From: Eledone cirrhosa
Taxonomy: Eukaryota
DNA length: 64,000 nucleotides
Reading direction: 5' to 3'
NCBI GenBank assembly: GCA_964016885.1
Contig: OZ024761.1
Coordinates: forward strand, 17,484,001-17,548,000
Below the pieces are notes generated by a model that was not told the origin of the DNA, did not search any database, and worked only from the letters and a program-made list of their open reading frames with translations. Below are positions 41,699 to 55,461 of this stretch, one piece after another; the stretch's first letter is position 1, and each line of letters starts with the position of its first letter. The position numbers were made by a program, and so were the translations under genes.

Positions 41699-41792
41699 AT
41701 AGAAGCTCCTTCTATAAAATAAAAAATTTTACTCTGCCATGTATTGAGTACCTTACTTACTGTGGTTATCCCCGACTCAACCCGGGACCTAC

Positions 41793-41846
<54 letters not shown>

Positions 41847-42155
41847 TCACACATTTATTGCCATTGTCATTGTAATATGGCTTATGTAGATTTGTTAGAA
41901 TTTCAATCCTTAGTCCTCTGCATAGTTATCAAAGGTGGTGGGGTCAGTCAATTTGGGTGTGGAGGTTTCTCATCTCACTTTTATATATTTCACACACACA
42001 CACATATATATATATATACAGGTTTGTTAACACTACAGGTGTTGCTCTTCATATATTTGTAGTGTTGTTGTTGTGATGCTTATGTTGCTACTGCTGCTAT
42101 TTTCCTTTTGCTGTTGGTGTATATATATATATATCTATATATATATTGTTGTTGC

Positions 42156-42195
<40 letters not shown>

Positions 42196-42325
42196 AATTA
42201 TTGTGTACAGTGCTCAGGTGCACTACAACTCATCAAAGGTGCATGTATAGTACATAGAATAATGTACAAATGTCAGGAAAGTGAACAGTGTATGAGTCAT
42301 GATATATATATATATATTGTTGTTG

Positions 42326-42374
<49 letters not shown>

Positions 42375-42425
42375 CCATGCAAATGTGGAAGATGGACGTT
42401 AAACGATGATGATGATGATATATAG

Positions 42426-42747
<322 letters not shown>

Positions 42748-42877
42748 CGGGATTTAATCTGTGCCTGGAATTAGCTGTTGAAACGGCAAGAGCTCAACTG
42801 TTGGACCCTAACTCTTCCTAATACATATATATATGTGTGTGTGTGTGTGTTATAGTTGATATATTGTATATTGTGAT

Positions 42878-42918
<41 letters not shown>

Positions 42919-43287
42919 TGTTGTTACTATATGTGTTTGTGTGTATGTTGGTATTAAATATGTTAATTCTGTGATACAGGTGTAGTAATAGTAGTAGCTG
43001 TTGTTATTAAGGTAGATAGGGCAAGATAGGATATGGAAAGTGATGAAGGTCTGTATATATATATACATATATATATATATAGATATGAGTATGTATGGGG
43101 GATGGCAATAGGAAGCCCAGGATGGGGGACAGATGAACAGATAGATAAAAAGATAAACACAAACTGACAGATAGATGTATTGACAGACATACAACTAGTT
43201 ATGTATATATAGAGACATACATATATATATATACATATATATATACAATATATTAACAAATGGAAACTATATTTATAAAACCATATT

Positions 43288-43352
43288 TATTTCATTATAC
43301 ATATTTCAAGGACACCAAAGCAAATTATGGTGTGCTTTCATCAGATAAAATA
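43288..43352 (-). ncRNA. Minimal type I hammerhead ribozyme
   Basis: Stem I TATTTTAT/ATGAAATA; CTGATGA; stem II AAGCACACCA/TGGTGTCCTT (compensatory changes relative to the 40.7-kb copy); GAAA-T-ATGT-A-TA. Confidence 0.8.
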
Positions 43353-44229
43353 TAATATAGATCAGTTTTATAAACAAATATTGACATACCCTTAAAGAAT
43401 GCGACCATGTCGGTTGGAAGCTCCCGGATAGTGGGGTTACTAATTATATTATTATAGATATATAGGTTGATTGATTGATAAACAGATTGATAGATACATA
43501 GATAGGTAAACAGTTAGATAGATACATAGATAGGTAAACAGTTAGATAGATACATAGATAGGTAAACAGTTAGATAGATAAATAGGCAGGTAGAAACAAA
43601 CAGATAGATAAAGAGACAGGTGGACAGACAGCTAGAGAGATTGACAGACAAACAGCTAGAGAGATAGGCAGACAAACCAACAGACAGACAGACAGACAGA
43701 CAGATAGCTGCATAGACAGATTGACAATCAGCCAGATAGACAGACAGACAGATAGATAGACAAATAGCTAGATAAATAAAGTGACAGACCGACAGACTAT
43801 AGAGGTAGTTATATCATCGATGTTGCTGTTGTTGTTGCTGTGGTAGAAATTGTCAGTTGATATTCCAGTGGAAGCTGTTTCAATGTTTTCACTAGCCACC
43901 GTTCTTTTTTTTTTTTTGTTTTTTTTTGTTTAAGTGGCCCCACGATGTGTGGAAAAAATAGCTGTTACAAAGGTAGTGGTGTGTGTGTATGTGTATATAT
44001 GTATTTATGTATGTATGGTGTTCGTTACTGTCTGAGTAATAAACCTGCTGGTTTAGCCATGGTCTTTAACCATTGTAAGACACCATAGCCTCCTTCTCTG
44101 TAGTGCGTGTGTTTGTGTGCGTCTCTGTATGTGTGTTATGTATGCTTTCCGTGACGACAGCTCCTAGAAGAAGCCGTCTGCCTCTTTGAAATAAAGAATA
44201 TAACCAACAAACGATGTTCTGTGAGTTGG

Positions 44230-45640
44230 TGGGATGGAGAGAAAGAGATAGAGACAGACAGATAGATAGGTAGCTAGACGCAGAGAGACGGAGAAAGACA
44301 GATTTTTATATAACAGAGGGGTAGGGAGAAAGGAATAAGACGGGGAAGGGTGCGACTGTCAAACAGAGAGGAGGAGAGAGACTGTCAGACACAAACAGAG
44401 GAGGAGAGAGACTGTCATACGCAAAGAGAGAGAGAGGATGGTAGATAGACAGAGAAAGATGATTGTATATAACAGAGAGGGGGATGAAAGTGAGAACCCG
44501 TCAAACAGAAAAGGAGAAACTGTTAAAGAGAGAGAGGGGGGGTAACTCTCAAATACAAAGAGAGGTGGAAAGACGTGAGGCGCAGAGAGACTGTCAGACA
44601 GAGAGATAGTGGAAAAGATATAGATAGAGAGACAGGCTTTATATGGGGTGAAAGAAGAGAAGGAGAGAGAAAGAGAGCGGAGAAGATGTGGGAGAGATAG
44701 ATAAACAATAACAAACTGAATGACAGACAGAGAGGGATATGTAGAAAGAAAGAGAGAGTGAAAGAGAGAGACAGGTACGAGTTTGGAATAGATGGAGATG
44801 GATAGATAAAGAGCGAGAGTAGAAGATAGATAGACAGATGTTATATAGGGAGGAAAGCAGGTTGAATAAGAGAGAGAAGAAGAAGAGCTGGAAAATGTAA
44901 ATAAACAGAGGGAAAGAGAAAGAGAGAAACAAAGAGTAAAAAGAAGACAAAGAGTTGCAGTAATAGGATGTGACAACAGCGGAGGTGGAAGGAGAGTAAG
45001 GAGAAGGAGAGAGAAAGGAAGACAATGAGTGAGGGTGGCGAGAAAAAATAGCGGTAGTAGGAAAAGACGTCAGCAATGTGGGCGGAGGAAGAAGGGGAGG
45101 GAAATAAGAAAAGCAGACAGCGTGTATTTGGCGAAAGGAAGAGGGAAAGAGAAATGGTAATGAGAATCTGTAGTGATAGTGGGAGAAGATGAGAGTAGTG
45201 TGGGCGGAGGTAGAGAAATAGATAGATACATACAGTGTGTTGGGGGGGGGGGGGACAAAAAGAGAAAGACTAAGAAGATGCTGAAAAGTGTAGAGGTATT
45301 GGGTAGGTAAACAAGGTAGGAGGAAGGGGAGAGATTTATTTAATGTGTAAGTGGGAGAGGAGGAAAAGGAGAGAGAAAAGAGTGGAGGGAGGATTGACGA
45401 ACAAAGAGTTGCAGTAGTAGGAAACGGCATCAGTGTGGGTGGAGGAAGAAAGATGCGGAGGCAAGGAGTTAACGTATTAGAAGCATATAAAGGTATGGTG
45501 GATGAGAGGGTGGAAGGAAGGGGAGAAAAGACTGGTGGAGGTGGTGGCAGGGAACAATGTGGGTGGAGGGGGAGGAGGAGGATTATTGTCTGATGGAAGA
45601 AACAAAGTAATTAATATATGAGAAAGATAGAGGGAGAGTG
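44230..45640. repeat. Polypurine (GA-rich) low-complexity tract
   Basis: Strong purine bias on the plus strand; no credible ORF. Confidence 0.8.
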
Positions 45641-47009
45641 AACGTAAGTGTATGACGTAGATTTAGGTATACATGCATGGGCTCTTAACTGTCGATAGAG
45701 TCGTAGGGGCGCCGCAGTGACATACGGCATATCTAAGGGCATGTAACCCTGGTGAAGCCCATCCCCTTTCCAGGTCTGATCTCAGCCGCTTTCTTCCAGA
45801 GAGATCGAGGGAGAAAGTGAGATAAAGAAAACGAAATAGTGAGGAAGGATCGACCCTAGTTTTTCACTGGTATTTTATTTTATCAATCCTAAAAGTAAGA
45901 TACAGAGGATAAAATCGCGAGAGGGAGAGAGATAGGAGGAAGAATCGAACCCAATATTTCACTGGTATTTTATTTTATCGGTCTCGAAAGTAAGATAAAG
46001 AGGACAAAATCGCGAGAGATATATATATATAGAGAGAGAGAGATATTATTCAAAATGTTAATAAATGAAAAATATTCTCATAATCAAAAATTTTGATTAT
46101 GAGAATATTTTTCATTTATTAACATTTTGAATAATATTAAATACTCCAGGAAAATCTGCTGTCGAGTGCTTCTAATCTATTGTAAAATTGTGTTTGTTGA
46201 TTAATCAACGAACCATATTAATCTTTGGTTATATTTATATAGATAGATAGAGTGAGAGGAAGAATCGACCCAGTATTCCACTGGTGTTTTATTTTATCGA
46301 CCTCGAAAGTAAGATATAGAGGACGTAATCGTAAGAATCGACCCCAGAATTTCACTGGTATATAATTTTATCGACCTCGAAAGGATGAAAAGCAAAGTTG
46401 ACCTCGTCAGGATTTGAACTCGGAGCACAGAGAAGCCAGAACGATGCACTTTATCCGATGTTCTAACGACTCTGCCAATTTATCGCCTTGAGTAGGAGGA
46501 GAGTAAAAATTAAAACGAAAATGAAAATGAAACAAGAAAAGAGAGAGAGAGAGAGAAGTAGTAGTGAGAATATGGAAGAGGAGATATATTTAATTCTAAT
46601 GAGGGGGGAAAGAAGAGGAAGATTGAAAGAAAGCAAGGGGTGTGGACAGAAGAAAGATGGTATGGAAGCAGGGGGAAGGGGAGATAACTATCAATAAAAT
46701 TGAAGGGAAGATAGAGACAAAGAAGAGAAAGGAGGAGAGGCAGTATTGGCTGACAAAACTGGAGATAGAAAGAGAGAGGGCTTGATGGATCTGCGTATCT
46801 ATTGCCGAAAGATAGATAGAATAAAACATCTGAGGGGGGGGGGGTAGATAAAGCAGAACACAAAGAGAGAGGGGGAGAAAAAGGTCGAGTTGATAAGAAC
46901 GAGTAGCAGTATATAGGAGAGAGAGAGAGAGAGCAATCGTTGAAGGAGAGGAAGAGTAAGCGGACAGACATAGGAAGGGGTGCTTTTCTTTAGTTAAGTA
47001 GGAGGGAAA

Positions 47010-47240
47010 GATGACGTAACTAATTGGATAAAGCTGTCTGCTTGGTTGTTACTAGCAACCACTGAATCAGTCTGCGCATTGTGAATCGATTGGTTTAGTC
47101 TGGTTGTCGCAGAGTTATTTTTATCTGTTTATTTCCGTTTGTCTTTATCTTTTGTTTTTCGTGTTGGTTGTTTTATTTTTGTCTTTTATTTAATTTTTTT
47201 ACGTATAATTAATTTGTATCTTCCAAGGGAGGCAACTCCA
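47010..47240. promoter_or_regulatory. Candidate promoter (X-box-like, CCAAT, CRE-like motifs), possibly of TMEM134
   Basis: TGACGTAA about 47012, ATTGG about 47023 and 47089, GTTGTTACTAGCAAC 47045-47059, TGCGCA about 47073, AAGGGAGGCAACT about 47225 (similar to AGTTATCTCCCTT at 10442). Confidence 0.4.
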
Positions 47241-47584
47241 GGACACCCAATGTTAATGACTACTTGGATAAATACACGGAGTCGCATGTATTTATGTCCC
47301 GCAGTTGAGTTTGGTCCCATGAGTGCATAGGGCTTTTTCCAACAGCTTTGGTTAAGGATCGCAATCGATAGATAAACGAAATCGATTAGTTTGATCCTTA
47401 TCCGAAACTGCTAAATATTCTATTAAGGCTCAATGACTTTTGTTACTCTGGAGTCTTGCATGCTTATCACAGGATCATCAGACAAGAGTTCTTGCCTGAT
47501 GACAGGTCAGGTGCCCACATCTTGCTCACAAGTTTCGTTTTGGCGTGACGCTATTCTTAATGCCAAACATTTGACACTAGAAAC

Positions 47585-47935
47585 TGGGTGCATTTTATCG
47601 TGACACCAGTGCTATCACTTTACAGTGTGTTCTGGGTCCATTTTATCGTGACACCAGTGCTATCACTTTACAGTGTGTACTGGGTGCATTTTATCGTGAC
47701 ACCAGTGCTATCACTTTACAGTGTGTACTGGGTCCATTTTATCGTGACACCAACTCTACCACTTTACAGTGTGTACTGGGTCCATTTTATCGTGACTCCA
47801 GCTCTACCACTTTACAGTGTGTACTGGGTCCATTTTATCGTGACACCAACACTGCCGCTTAAGAGTGTGAAAGGAGGGTACATGTTATCATGACACGAGC
47901 ACTACTACTTAAGAGTATCAAGAGAGGGTGCATGT
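47585..47935. repeat. 48-bp minisatellite from the SINE internal module
   Basis: TGGGT(G/C)CATTTTATCGTGACACCAGTGCTATCACTTTACAGTGTGTAC about 6 times. Confidence 0.9.
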
Positions 47936-48189
47936 TATCGGGGTATCAAACACACACATATATCAATTGGTTATGGTTGAAAAACCTATAACCATGTTTG
48001 GTCAGTCAGTGCTCATCTAGAGCTAAAACAACAACCATAACAGACACACACTAAAGTTTCAAACTCAAAGTTGTGAATATCATTATCAAACATAAAAATA
48101 TTAACAAAAACAAGTAGTAATTAAATAATTGTGATATTTATTTTACACAGGAAACTGATGGCAAGTTAAATAATAATAATGATAATAAC

Positions 48190-48987
48190 AGTTTCTAATT
48201 TAGGCACAAGGCCAACAATTTTTTTGGGGGGCTGCATTGATTATACCTACCCCAATGCATTACTGGTACTTTGTTTTATCAGACCCCCAAAAGGATGAAA
48301 TGCAAAGTTGACTTCAGCAGAGTTTCAATTCTGAACACATAATAATAATAATAATAATAATAGTGATTTCATACATAGGCATAAATCTATTAATCATTGA
48401 CTCCAGTACTTGACTGGTACTTTATTTTATCGACCCCCATAAGGATGAAAGGCAAAGTTGACCTCAGCGGGATTTGAACTCAGAACATAAAAAGACACAA
48501 CTAAATGCCACAAAACATTTTGTCTGATGCTCTACCGGCTTACATAATCCACCAATCCCTAACCCTGAATTTTTTTAATTGAGACACATGTCCAGTAATT
48601 TGGGAGAAGGAGAAAGTCAATTTTATTGACCCCCCCCCCTACTTGACTGGTACTTTATTTTATCAACCCCAGAAGGATGAAAAGCAAAGTTGGCTTTAGA
48701 ACAAACACTGTAAAGTATTTGTTTGATGTTCTGCCAATCCACAGCCCTTAATAATAATAATAATAATAATGGTTTCTACTATAAGCACAAGGCCAGCAAT
48801 ATAGGGGGAAGGGAAAGTCGATTAAATTGACCCCAGTGCATTACTGGTACTTTATTTTATCAACCCCGTAAGGACGAAAGGCAAAGCTAACCTTGGCGGG
48901 ATTTGAACTCAGAAGGACAAGGGCCGTAACTCTATGCATCAAAGCATGGCGTCCGACCCTCTACCGATACTGCCAATTCACCACCGC

Positions 48988-49024
<37 letters not shown>

Positions 49025-49800
49025 CAGCAAATTCATCATCTCTTTCTCTTTCCAATCATTTTCCTTTTTGGTTTCAACACCTTCATTAATGTGAAGGTTT
49101 CATAATACAAACAACACACCTCTTCCATTATGGCAGCAGCACAGCAGCAGTAGAGTTATTGTAGCTATTAAAAATACATACGTACACACACACACACACA
49201 TATTAGCACAAGGCCAGCAATTTTGGGAGAGGAGGAGGAGAAAGCTGATTAAATCGACCCCAGTGCATTACTGGTATTTTATTTTCGTGACCCCATAAGG
49301 ATGAGAGGCAAAGTTGATCTCAATGGGATTTGAACTCAGAACGAAAAGAGCCAGAACTAATACTTGTAAAGCATTTGTCTGGCATTCTATCAGTTCTGCC
49401 AATCTACCACCCTTAATAATAATAATGGTTTCTGATTTAAGCACAAGGCAAGCAATTTTGGGGAAGGAGAAATCCAATTAAATTGACCCCATAAGGATGA
49501 ACGGCAAAGCTAACCTTGGCAGGATTTAAACTCAAAATGTAAAGGGATGTAACTCTATGATACAAAGCATGGTGTCCGACGCTCTACCGGTACTGCCAGT
49601 CCACTTCTCTAATAATTCTTCCTAACATTGACATTAGGCCAGAAATTTGGAGGAAGGTAAAACCCGATTCTATTGACTCCAGAACGTAACTGGTATTATA
49701 TTTTATCGACCTTGGAAAGCTGACTTCAGCAGGATTTGAACTCAGAATGCAAAAAGGTGGCACAAATACTGTAAAGCCTTCATCCGATATTCTACCCACC
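48190..49800 (-). mobile_element. Cluster of about 8 co-oriented tRNA-SINE copies separated by (AAT)n
   Basis: Repeated GGCACAAGGCCAGCAA...ACTGGTACTTTATTTTATCGACCCC...GGATTTGAACTCAGAA. Confidence 0.8.
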
Positions 49801-49933
49801 CACAGGACTAAGGTCATTCTGAGGCTGTGGTGAGACTGAGACTGAGAGCAGGACCTGACAAATGTCAAGTGAATTACTTAACAATTTTGTAATGCATATA
49901 ACTCAGTGTGTGTGTCTGTGGTTACACAAACTT

Positions 49934-49976
49934 TGACCTGATGACGTTTCATCACATATGATCTCAGATCAAATCA
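49934..49976 (-). ncRNA. Very compact hammerhead-like motif with shortened core (CUGAGA)
   Basis: Stem I TGATTTGAT/ATCAGGTCA (9 bp with GU); CTGAGA; TCA-TATG-TGA hairpin; GAAAC-GTC. Confidence 0.55.
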
Positions 49977-50270
49977 CTTGCCAAACAAATACAACACAGA
50001 AATATATATATATATATAGAGAGAGAGAGGGAGAGAGAGTCTGCAGTGCTGAGACTGAGGAGACCACTAAACATGGGAGTATTCAATGCATAGGGAGATG
50101 CAGTGAATATAGAGATATGTAAAATCCCAACCATGGCACCAAGCAATCTTGATTTTACATATCTCCCTCACTACACACACATTTATATTACATATCTCCC
50201 TCACTACACACACTTTTATATTAAACTTAAGCCAAAATCTCCATAAGTATTAGAGACAGTTAACTTTATA

Positions 50271-50307
<37 letters not shown>

Positions 50308-50628
50308 TAAAATAACAGATTAAAGTTTAAGCAAAGAATCGCTGCTTTCACCCTTAATGGGATTCTTTGCTTAAACTTTAATCTGTTATTTTAATAAATA
50401 TTTGCTCTACGGTTCTTATATATTTGATATATATTTATCCTTATCAAGCCCTCTTTGGATTTTAGTCTTCAAATTTATTATTACTATATATATATAATGC
50501 AACAATTATAAAATTATTCATTCTGTCGGATGAAAGAAAGAATAATCTTTAAATATACTTCTGTGCATTTTCACCTTCAATTTTTATCTATAACCTGTGT
50601 TTTGTATGGAACTTTTACCCCCTTTTTC

Positions 50629-50670
<42 letters not shown>

Positions 50671-51471
50671 TCATCATCATCATCACTGTTTAACGTCCAT
50701 TTTTCTTCGCTAGCATGGGATAGATGAGTTGTCCCGTTGTGAGACAAGCCAGATCAGATGACTGTTTCTGGCTCAGTCTATGGCTGGATGCCCTTCCTAA
50801 TACCACACACACACACCATTCTCCAAAGTGGCTGACTAAATACACACATTTTCTATTTTTCTTTTTTTTTTATTTGTGTCTATCTTTCTATTCCTTCTTC
50901 TATCTTCCAATGAAGGGCTAACATCCAAGACATCAAGAATCTACTCCTTATCCTCATTGTACACTATTGTTCTCCCATGTAAATGTTTTGCATATATATA
51001 TATATGTGTGTGTGTGTGTATAGAACACCTTATACAAAATTACTGAGGGGTAGAATTCTGTAGAAGCATCTTTCCCTAATGATGGCCATATCAATCTATT
51101 GAAGGGCTATCCGTTATTCTTTTGGATTTTGAAAATGATATAAGGATAATTTTTTTTATCCCTAGGGAAAGATGCTTCTACAGTTATCTATGCCTCAGTG
51201 ATTTTGTATAAGATGTTCTATATGTATTTGCTTCTCTGAATGAGATTATTTTAGTGATCTCTTTTCATTTATGTATATTCTGACAAATCTACTTAAGTAT
51301 ATATGTTTCAAAAATCTCCCCAAGCCCCAAACTGCAATTTAATTTATTTGTTTTGCTGTTATAACAGTTCTTTCATTCAACAGCACAAGTAAAAAGAAAA
51401 AAAATTCTTTGATTTTAATGCAAGTTCTTTTGTTGTATGATTGTTCATGGTGTTTTAAAGTTTCACATAAT

Positions 51472-51522
<51 letters not shown>

Positions 51523-51899
51523 CATATATTTACATACACGTGTATACACGTTTTCTCACACACACACATTTAGGTGTTGTTACAGACAAGAGTAACATAT
51601 ATATATGTGTATAAATACATATCTTCATATATACATGCATATATATATATATATACACACATATATACATGCATATATATATGCATGTATATGTATCTAT
51701 GTGTATCTATGTGTGTGTTGCATAATAGCCAACAAGTGGTGAGAGAGTGCTCTATATCAGTTAAAGAGCTATATAGTTACATAATAGTACTATGGCAACA
51801 TCACACAACATTAGTTAAGGTTACCAGCTGGTTTCATGCTTGAATGCAGATTAACCAGCAGGAAACCTCACCACAATGTTGTGTAATGTGTATGTGTAA

Positions 51900-51942
<43 letters not shown>

Positions 51943-51965
51943 CTGTGTATATGTGTGTGTTTTGA

Positions 51966-52078
51966 TCACCAGCTACTATTAAGGTCAGTTGCTACTTTCT
52001 TCATAAATTCTCTGTGGTTAGCGTAAAGTCGGAGGTTCGGAGTTATGTCAAGCCACTTCACACTGACAGCATCATCAC
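51966..52078 (-). CDS. NUDT9: NUDT9 final exon (GDDAVSVKWLDITPNLRLYANHREFMKKVATDLNSSW*)
   Basis: TTTCTAG| acceptor; matches NUDT9 GDDA..V.W.DI...L.LYA.H...W C-terminus; TGA at 51968-51966. Confidence 0.93.
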
Positions 52079-52196
52079 CTAGAAAGCAATAAGAAATATA
52101 CATTAATCATCATCATCAAGCACTCGTATAACAGCTCCTTTGGCATGAAGAATATGTTTATAGTGGCAATTGTGGTGGAAGTGATGGTTAATGTGG

Positions 52197-52227
<31 letters not shown>

Positions 52228-52470
52228 GGTGATTGTTATAGTGGTAATGATGATGATTAAGATGATGGTGGTGGTGGTGATTGTTATAGTGGTGGTAATG
52301 ATGATTAAGATGATGGTGGTGGTGGTGATTGTTATAGTGGTAATGATGATTAAGATGATGGTGGTGGTGATGATGATGATTATTAAGATAATGGTAATAA
52401 TGGTGCTGATGATGGTGGTTGTAGTGATGACTATGATGATGATGATAATTAATAATGTTGGTTAACTCAC

Positions 52471-52588
52471 CGGCAGTCAGTGTTAAATTAGCCACACTGG
52501 TTCCATTGTCGTCGTGGAAGTTCATGGCAACTGTCTCTATCCAAGAGTTATCTGTGTTCCTGATGTCATCTACATAACCTTTATATAC
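52471..52588 (-). CDS. NUDT9: NUDT9 exon ([39 protein letters not shown])
   Basis: YKGYVDD.RNTDN.W.ET signature; CTACAG| and G|GTGAGT sites. Confidence 0.95.
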
Positions 52589-53007
52589 CTGTAGATAGAC
52601 ATACATAGAAATATTAGGTGGACATAGCAACAGCAGGTTGGCATAGTAACAACATATGACCATAACAACAAAAAAGTAGACTTAGCAACAGCAGGTGGGC
52701 ATAGTAACAACAGGTGGTTACAGCAACAATAGGTGACCATATTATGTGTGAATGTATCAGAGTTTTCATGTATATGTGTTTGTGTGCATTACTATATGTT
52801 TATATACATGTGTGTATGTGTGCACACATGTGTAAATGTTTGTGTACATATATATGTGGAGGTGTGTTTGCATGCATCTGTATGTACTTGCATGCATGTC
52901 TGTGTGTTTTCATGCATGTGTTCATATTTGCTTGTATATATGTGTGTGTATGCCAAGAATGTAATTTAGTTCATAACTAAATTGATTCCTCACTCCAAAA
53001 AACTCAC

Positions 53008-53151
53008 CTCTTTTCCACTTTGAAAGAATACCTTCAAACGTTTGCGTAGTTTCTCTTGTTTTTCAGGTGTTAAGTTTAAGGCATTCAATGCCTCCTCACT
53101 AAACTCCCGTTGTAGAGTATTGCTTACTAGTTCTCCAGCATCTACCATACC
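53008..53151 (-). CDS. NUDT9: NUDT9 Nudix-box exon (GMVDAGELVSNTLQREFSEEAL...GKE)
   Basis: Intact Nudix box with REF.EE; GTTCAG| and GAG|GTGAGT sites. Confidence 0.95.
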
Positions 53152-53299
53152 CTGAACAGAAGCAAAATACATTATATATACATATACACATTTATAAAGA
53201 AAAAAAAATGAAGTTTCATTTACATATTTTTTATTGATGTAGATTATTTAGTAATGTTTATTAATTACAGTAGGTGTCACCAATAAGAGCAGTCAATAA

Positions 53300-53886
53300 C
53301 CCTTTAGCATTTACATTATTCTATATTTACTATGGTATGTTCACAGTAAAGGCTTATCTTACATAATTATCTCACATAATATCGAATCTACGAGATTTTG
53401 ATGTTATTTATTTTGAGAACGTACTTTAACATCAGTATGAGCAGCCAGTTAGAGATGTTGAGAACAATGCCTTAGTCTAGGTATGAGCGGCCAGTTAGAG
53501 ATGTTGAGAACAATGCCTTAGTCTAGGTATGAGCAGCCAGTTAGAGATGTTGAGAACAATGCCTTAGTCTAGGTATGAGCGGCCAGTTAGAGATGTTGAG
53601 AACAATGCCTTAGTCTAGGTATGAGCAGCCAGTTAGAGATGTTGAGAACAATGCCTTAGTCTAGGTATGAGCAGCCAGTTAGAGATGTTGAGAACAATGC
53701 CTTAGTCTAGGTATGAGCGGCCAGTTAGAGATGTTGAGAACAATGCCTTAGTCTAGGTATGAGCAGCCAGTTAGAGATGTTGAGAACAATGCCTTAGTCT
53801 AGGTATGAGCGGCCAGTTAGAGCTGGTTTGAACAGAAAGAGGTGAGAGAGTTCTGGCCGAATACGGCCGGTTTAAATGCTAAAGGG
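53300..53886. mobile_element. piggyBac-type MITE carrying an internal 46-bp tandem array (about 8 copies, 53435-53822)
   Basis: TIR CCCTTTAGCATTTA at both ends with ATAA/TTAA flanks; unit GTATGAGC(A/G)GCCAGTTAGAGATGTTGAGAACAATGCCTTAGTCTAG. Confidence 0.8.
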
Positions 53887-54414
53887 TTAAACAGGTAGAA
53901 AGTGTGTTCGTTGTATGGCATCTGTGTATTACATGTTTGTAGTGAGCAGAGTGTTTACATTATGTATGAGAGAACAAAGTTTCACTTTGAAATGTTTTTA
54001 TTCATTATCAAACTTGACATGTTTCACAGATGAGAGGCTCTAGGTCTTAATTGCTGGTCTTGAGCTGACTCCAGTATTGATCTGCTCATCTGATGTGTAG
54101 AGTTGAAACGTAGAGATGATCATCTGTGAAACATGTGTCAAGTTTGATAATCATCATCATCATCATTTAATGCCCACCTGCCACGCTAGCATGGTTTGAT
54201 AATGAATGATGAATGAGATTTTTAAAATTTCGTTTTCTCATATATAATATATGTATGTATGTATATATGCATATGGATGTATATATATATTCACAGTGGA
54301 GTGAGGTCTGTTTAGATGAAATGCAGTTAAGCATAGTTGAGTGGAGTTTGTTTTAGTGGAGTGCAGTATGGTTGATGTGGAGTGGTGTTTCTCATTAAAA
54401 GAAAGAGGGTTTAC

Positions 54415-54520
54415 CCCAGGAATGGCCCAGTCTCCAGTATCTCGTCTTTGAATAGCAATAAACTGTAACACAGGTTTACCATCATGACCTATGACCTGCT
54501 TACCATCAGTCAGCTTCCAC
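54415..54520 (-). CDS. NUDT9: NUDT9 exon (WKLTDGKQVIGHDGKPVLQFIAIQRRDTGDWAIPG)
   Basis: LQF.AI.R.D.G.WAIPG signature; CTGCAG| and GGG|GTAAAC sites. Confidence 0.95.
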
Positions 54521-54571
54521 CTGCAGGTCAAATGAGAGGTCAAATTTAAAAAGGTGTACAACAAATGTATA

Positions 54572-54611
<40 letters not shown>

Positions 54612-55374
54612 GCATCTGTGTATGTGTATGTATAAAAACAAACAAATTCATATACTTTATAATGTATATCTATTGATACACGCTAAACATGAAGTCTATA
54701 TATATATATATATATATATATACATACACACACTCTAAAGGTGATGACTTCTCACTTATTCCTGAGAGGGTCATAGGGGCAGAGTCCTCAAACACTCCAT
54801 CCAGCTGCTCCTGTCAGAAGCAATCGTCTCCAACTGATCCAGCTGGATCCCCAAGTGAGACCAACCAAGCTCATGAATATTATCGAACCATCTTGCTTGG
54901 GGTCTACCCCTGGGTCGACTTTTGATTTTGCCTGTAAAATCTGTCATTAACCCCATGCCCGTAGTAATGGATCAGTGATCTCTCAATTCTGAGAAGTAGC
55001 AACTCTCTGATCTCCGAACTACGCACTCTATCGAGACCCTTTGGAGGCACCCCATTTCAACTGCTTGTATTTGCAATTGTATTCTTTCGGTCATAACCAT
55101 AAGTAGGGGTTAGCACGAAGACTGAAATGAAGATAGCGAGTTTTGCTTTTACACCGATCTCTTGCAATTCTTGCACTCTACACAGCCCCCAAGATACTTG
55201 AACTTTTCCATGATGTGTAGATAAAATTTACTGTATAATTATATAGTAATATAAGACCCTTCCAGTGGAAGGGTGACAGGCAAAATTAATCTTGGAGGGA
55301 TTTGAGCTCAGAATGTAAAGAGCTGTTACTATAATAATAATAATATGAATAATAATAAGGGTAATAATAGCAAC

Positions 55375-55461
55375 CTTGTAATGATAGGATCAGCAGCATG
55401 GTTAGGTCCCCACCGTCCTAGAAGTCCACGACCTTTGACTCCTGTTCTGCCCCGTGGGTTC
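55375..55461 (-). CDS. NUDT9: NUDT9 exon ([28 protein letters not shown])
   Basis: [20 protein letters not shown] signature; TTTGCAG| acceptor, weak donor AG|GTTGCT. Confidence 0.95.

Noticed and set aside
52180-52445. Poly-His protein segment
   Set aside because: (CAT/CAC)n microsatellite inside the last NUDT9 intron, after the donor at 52470.
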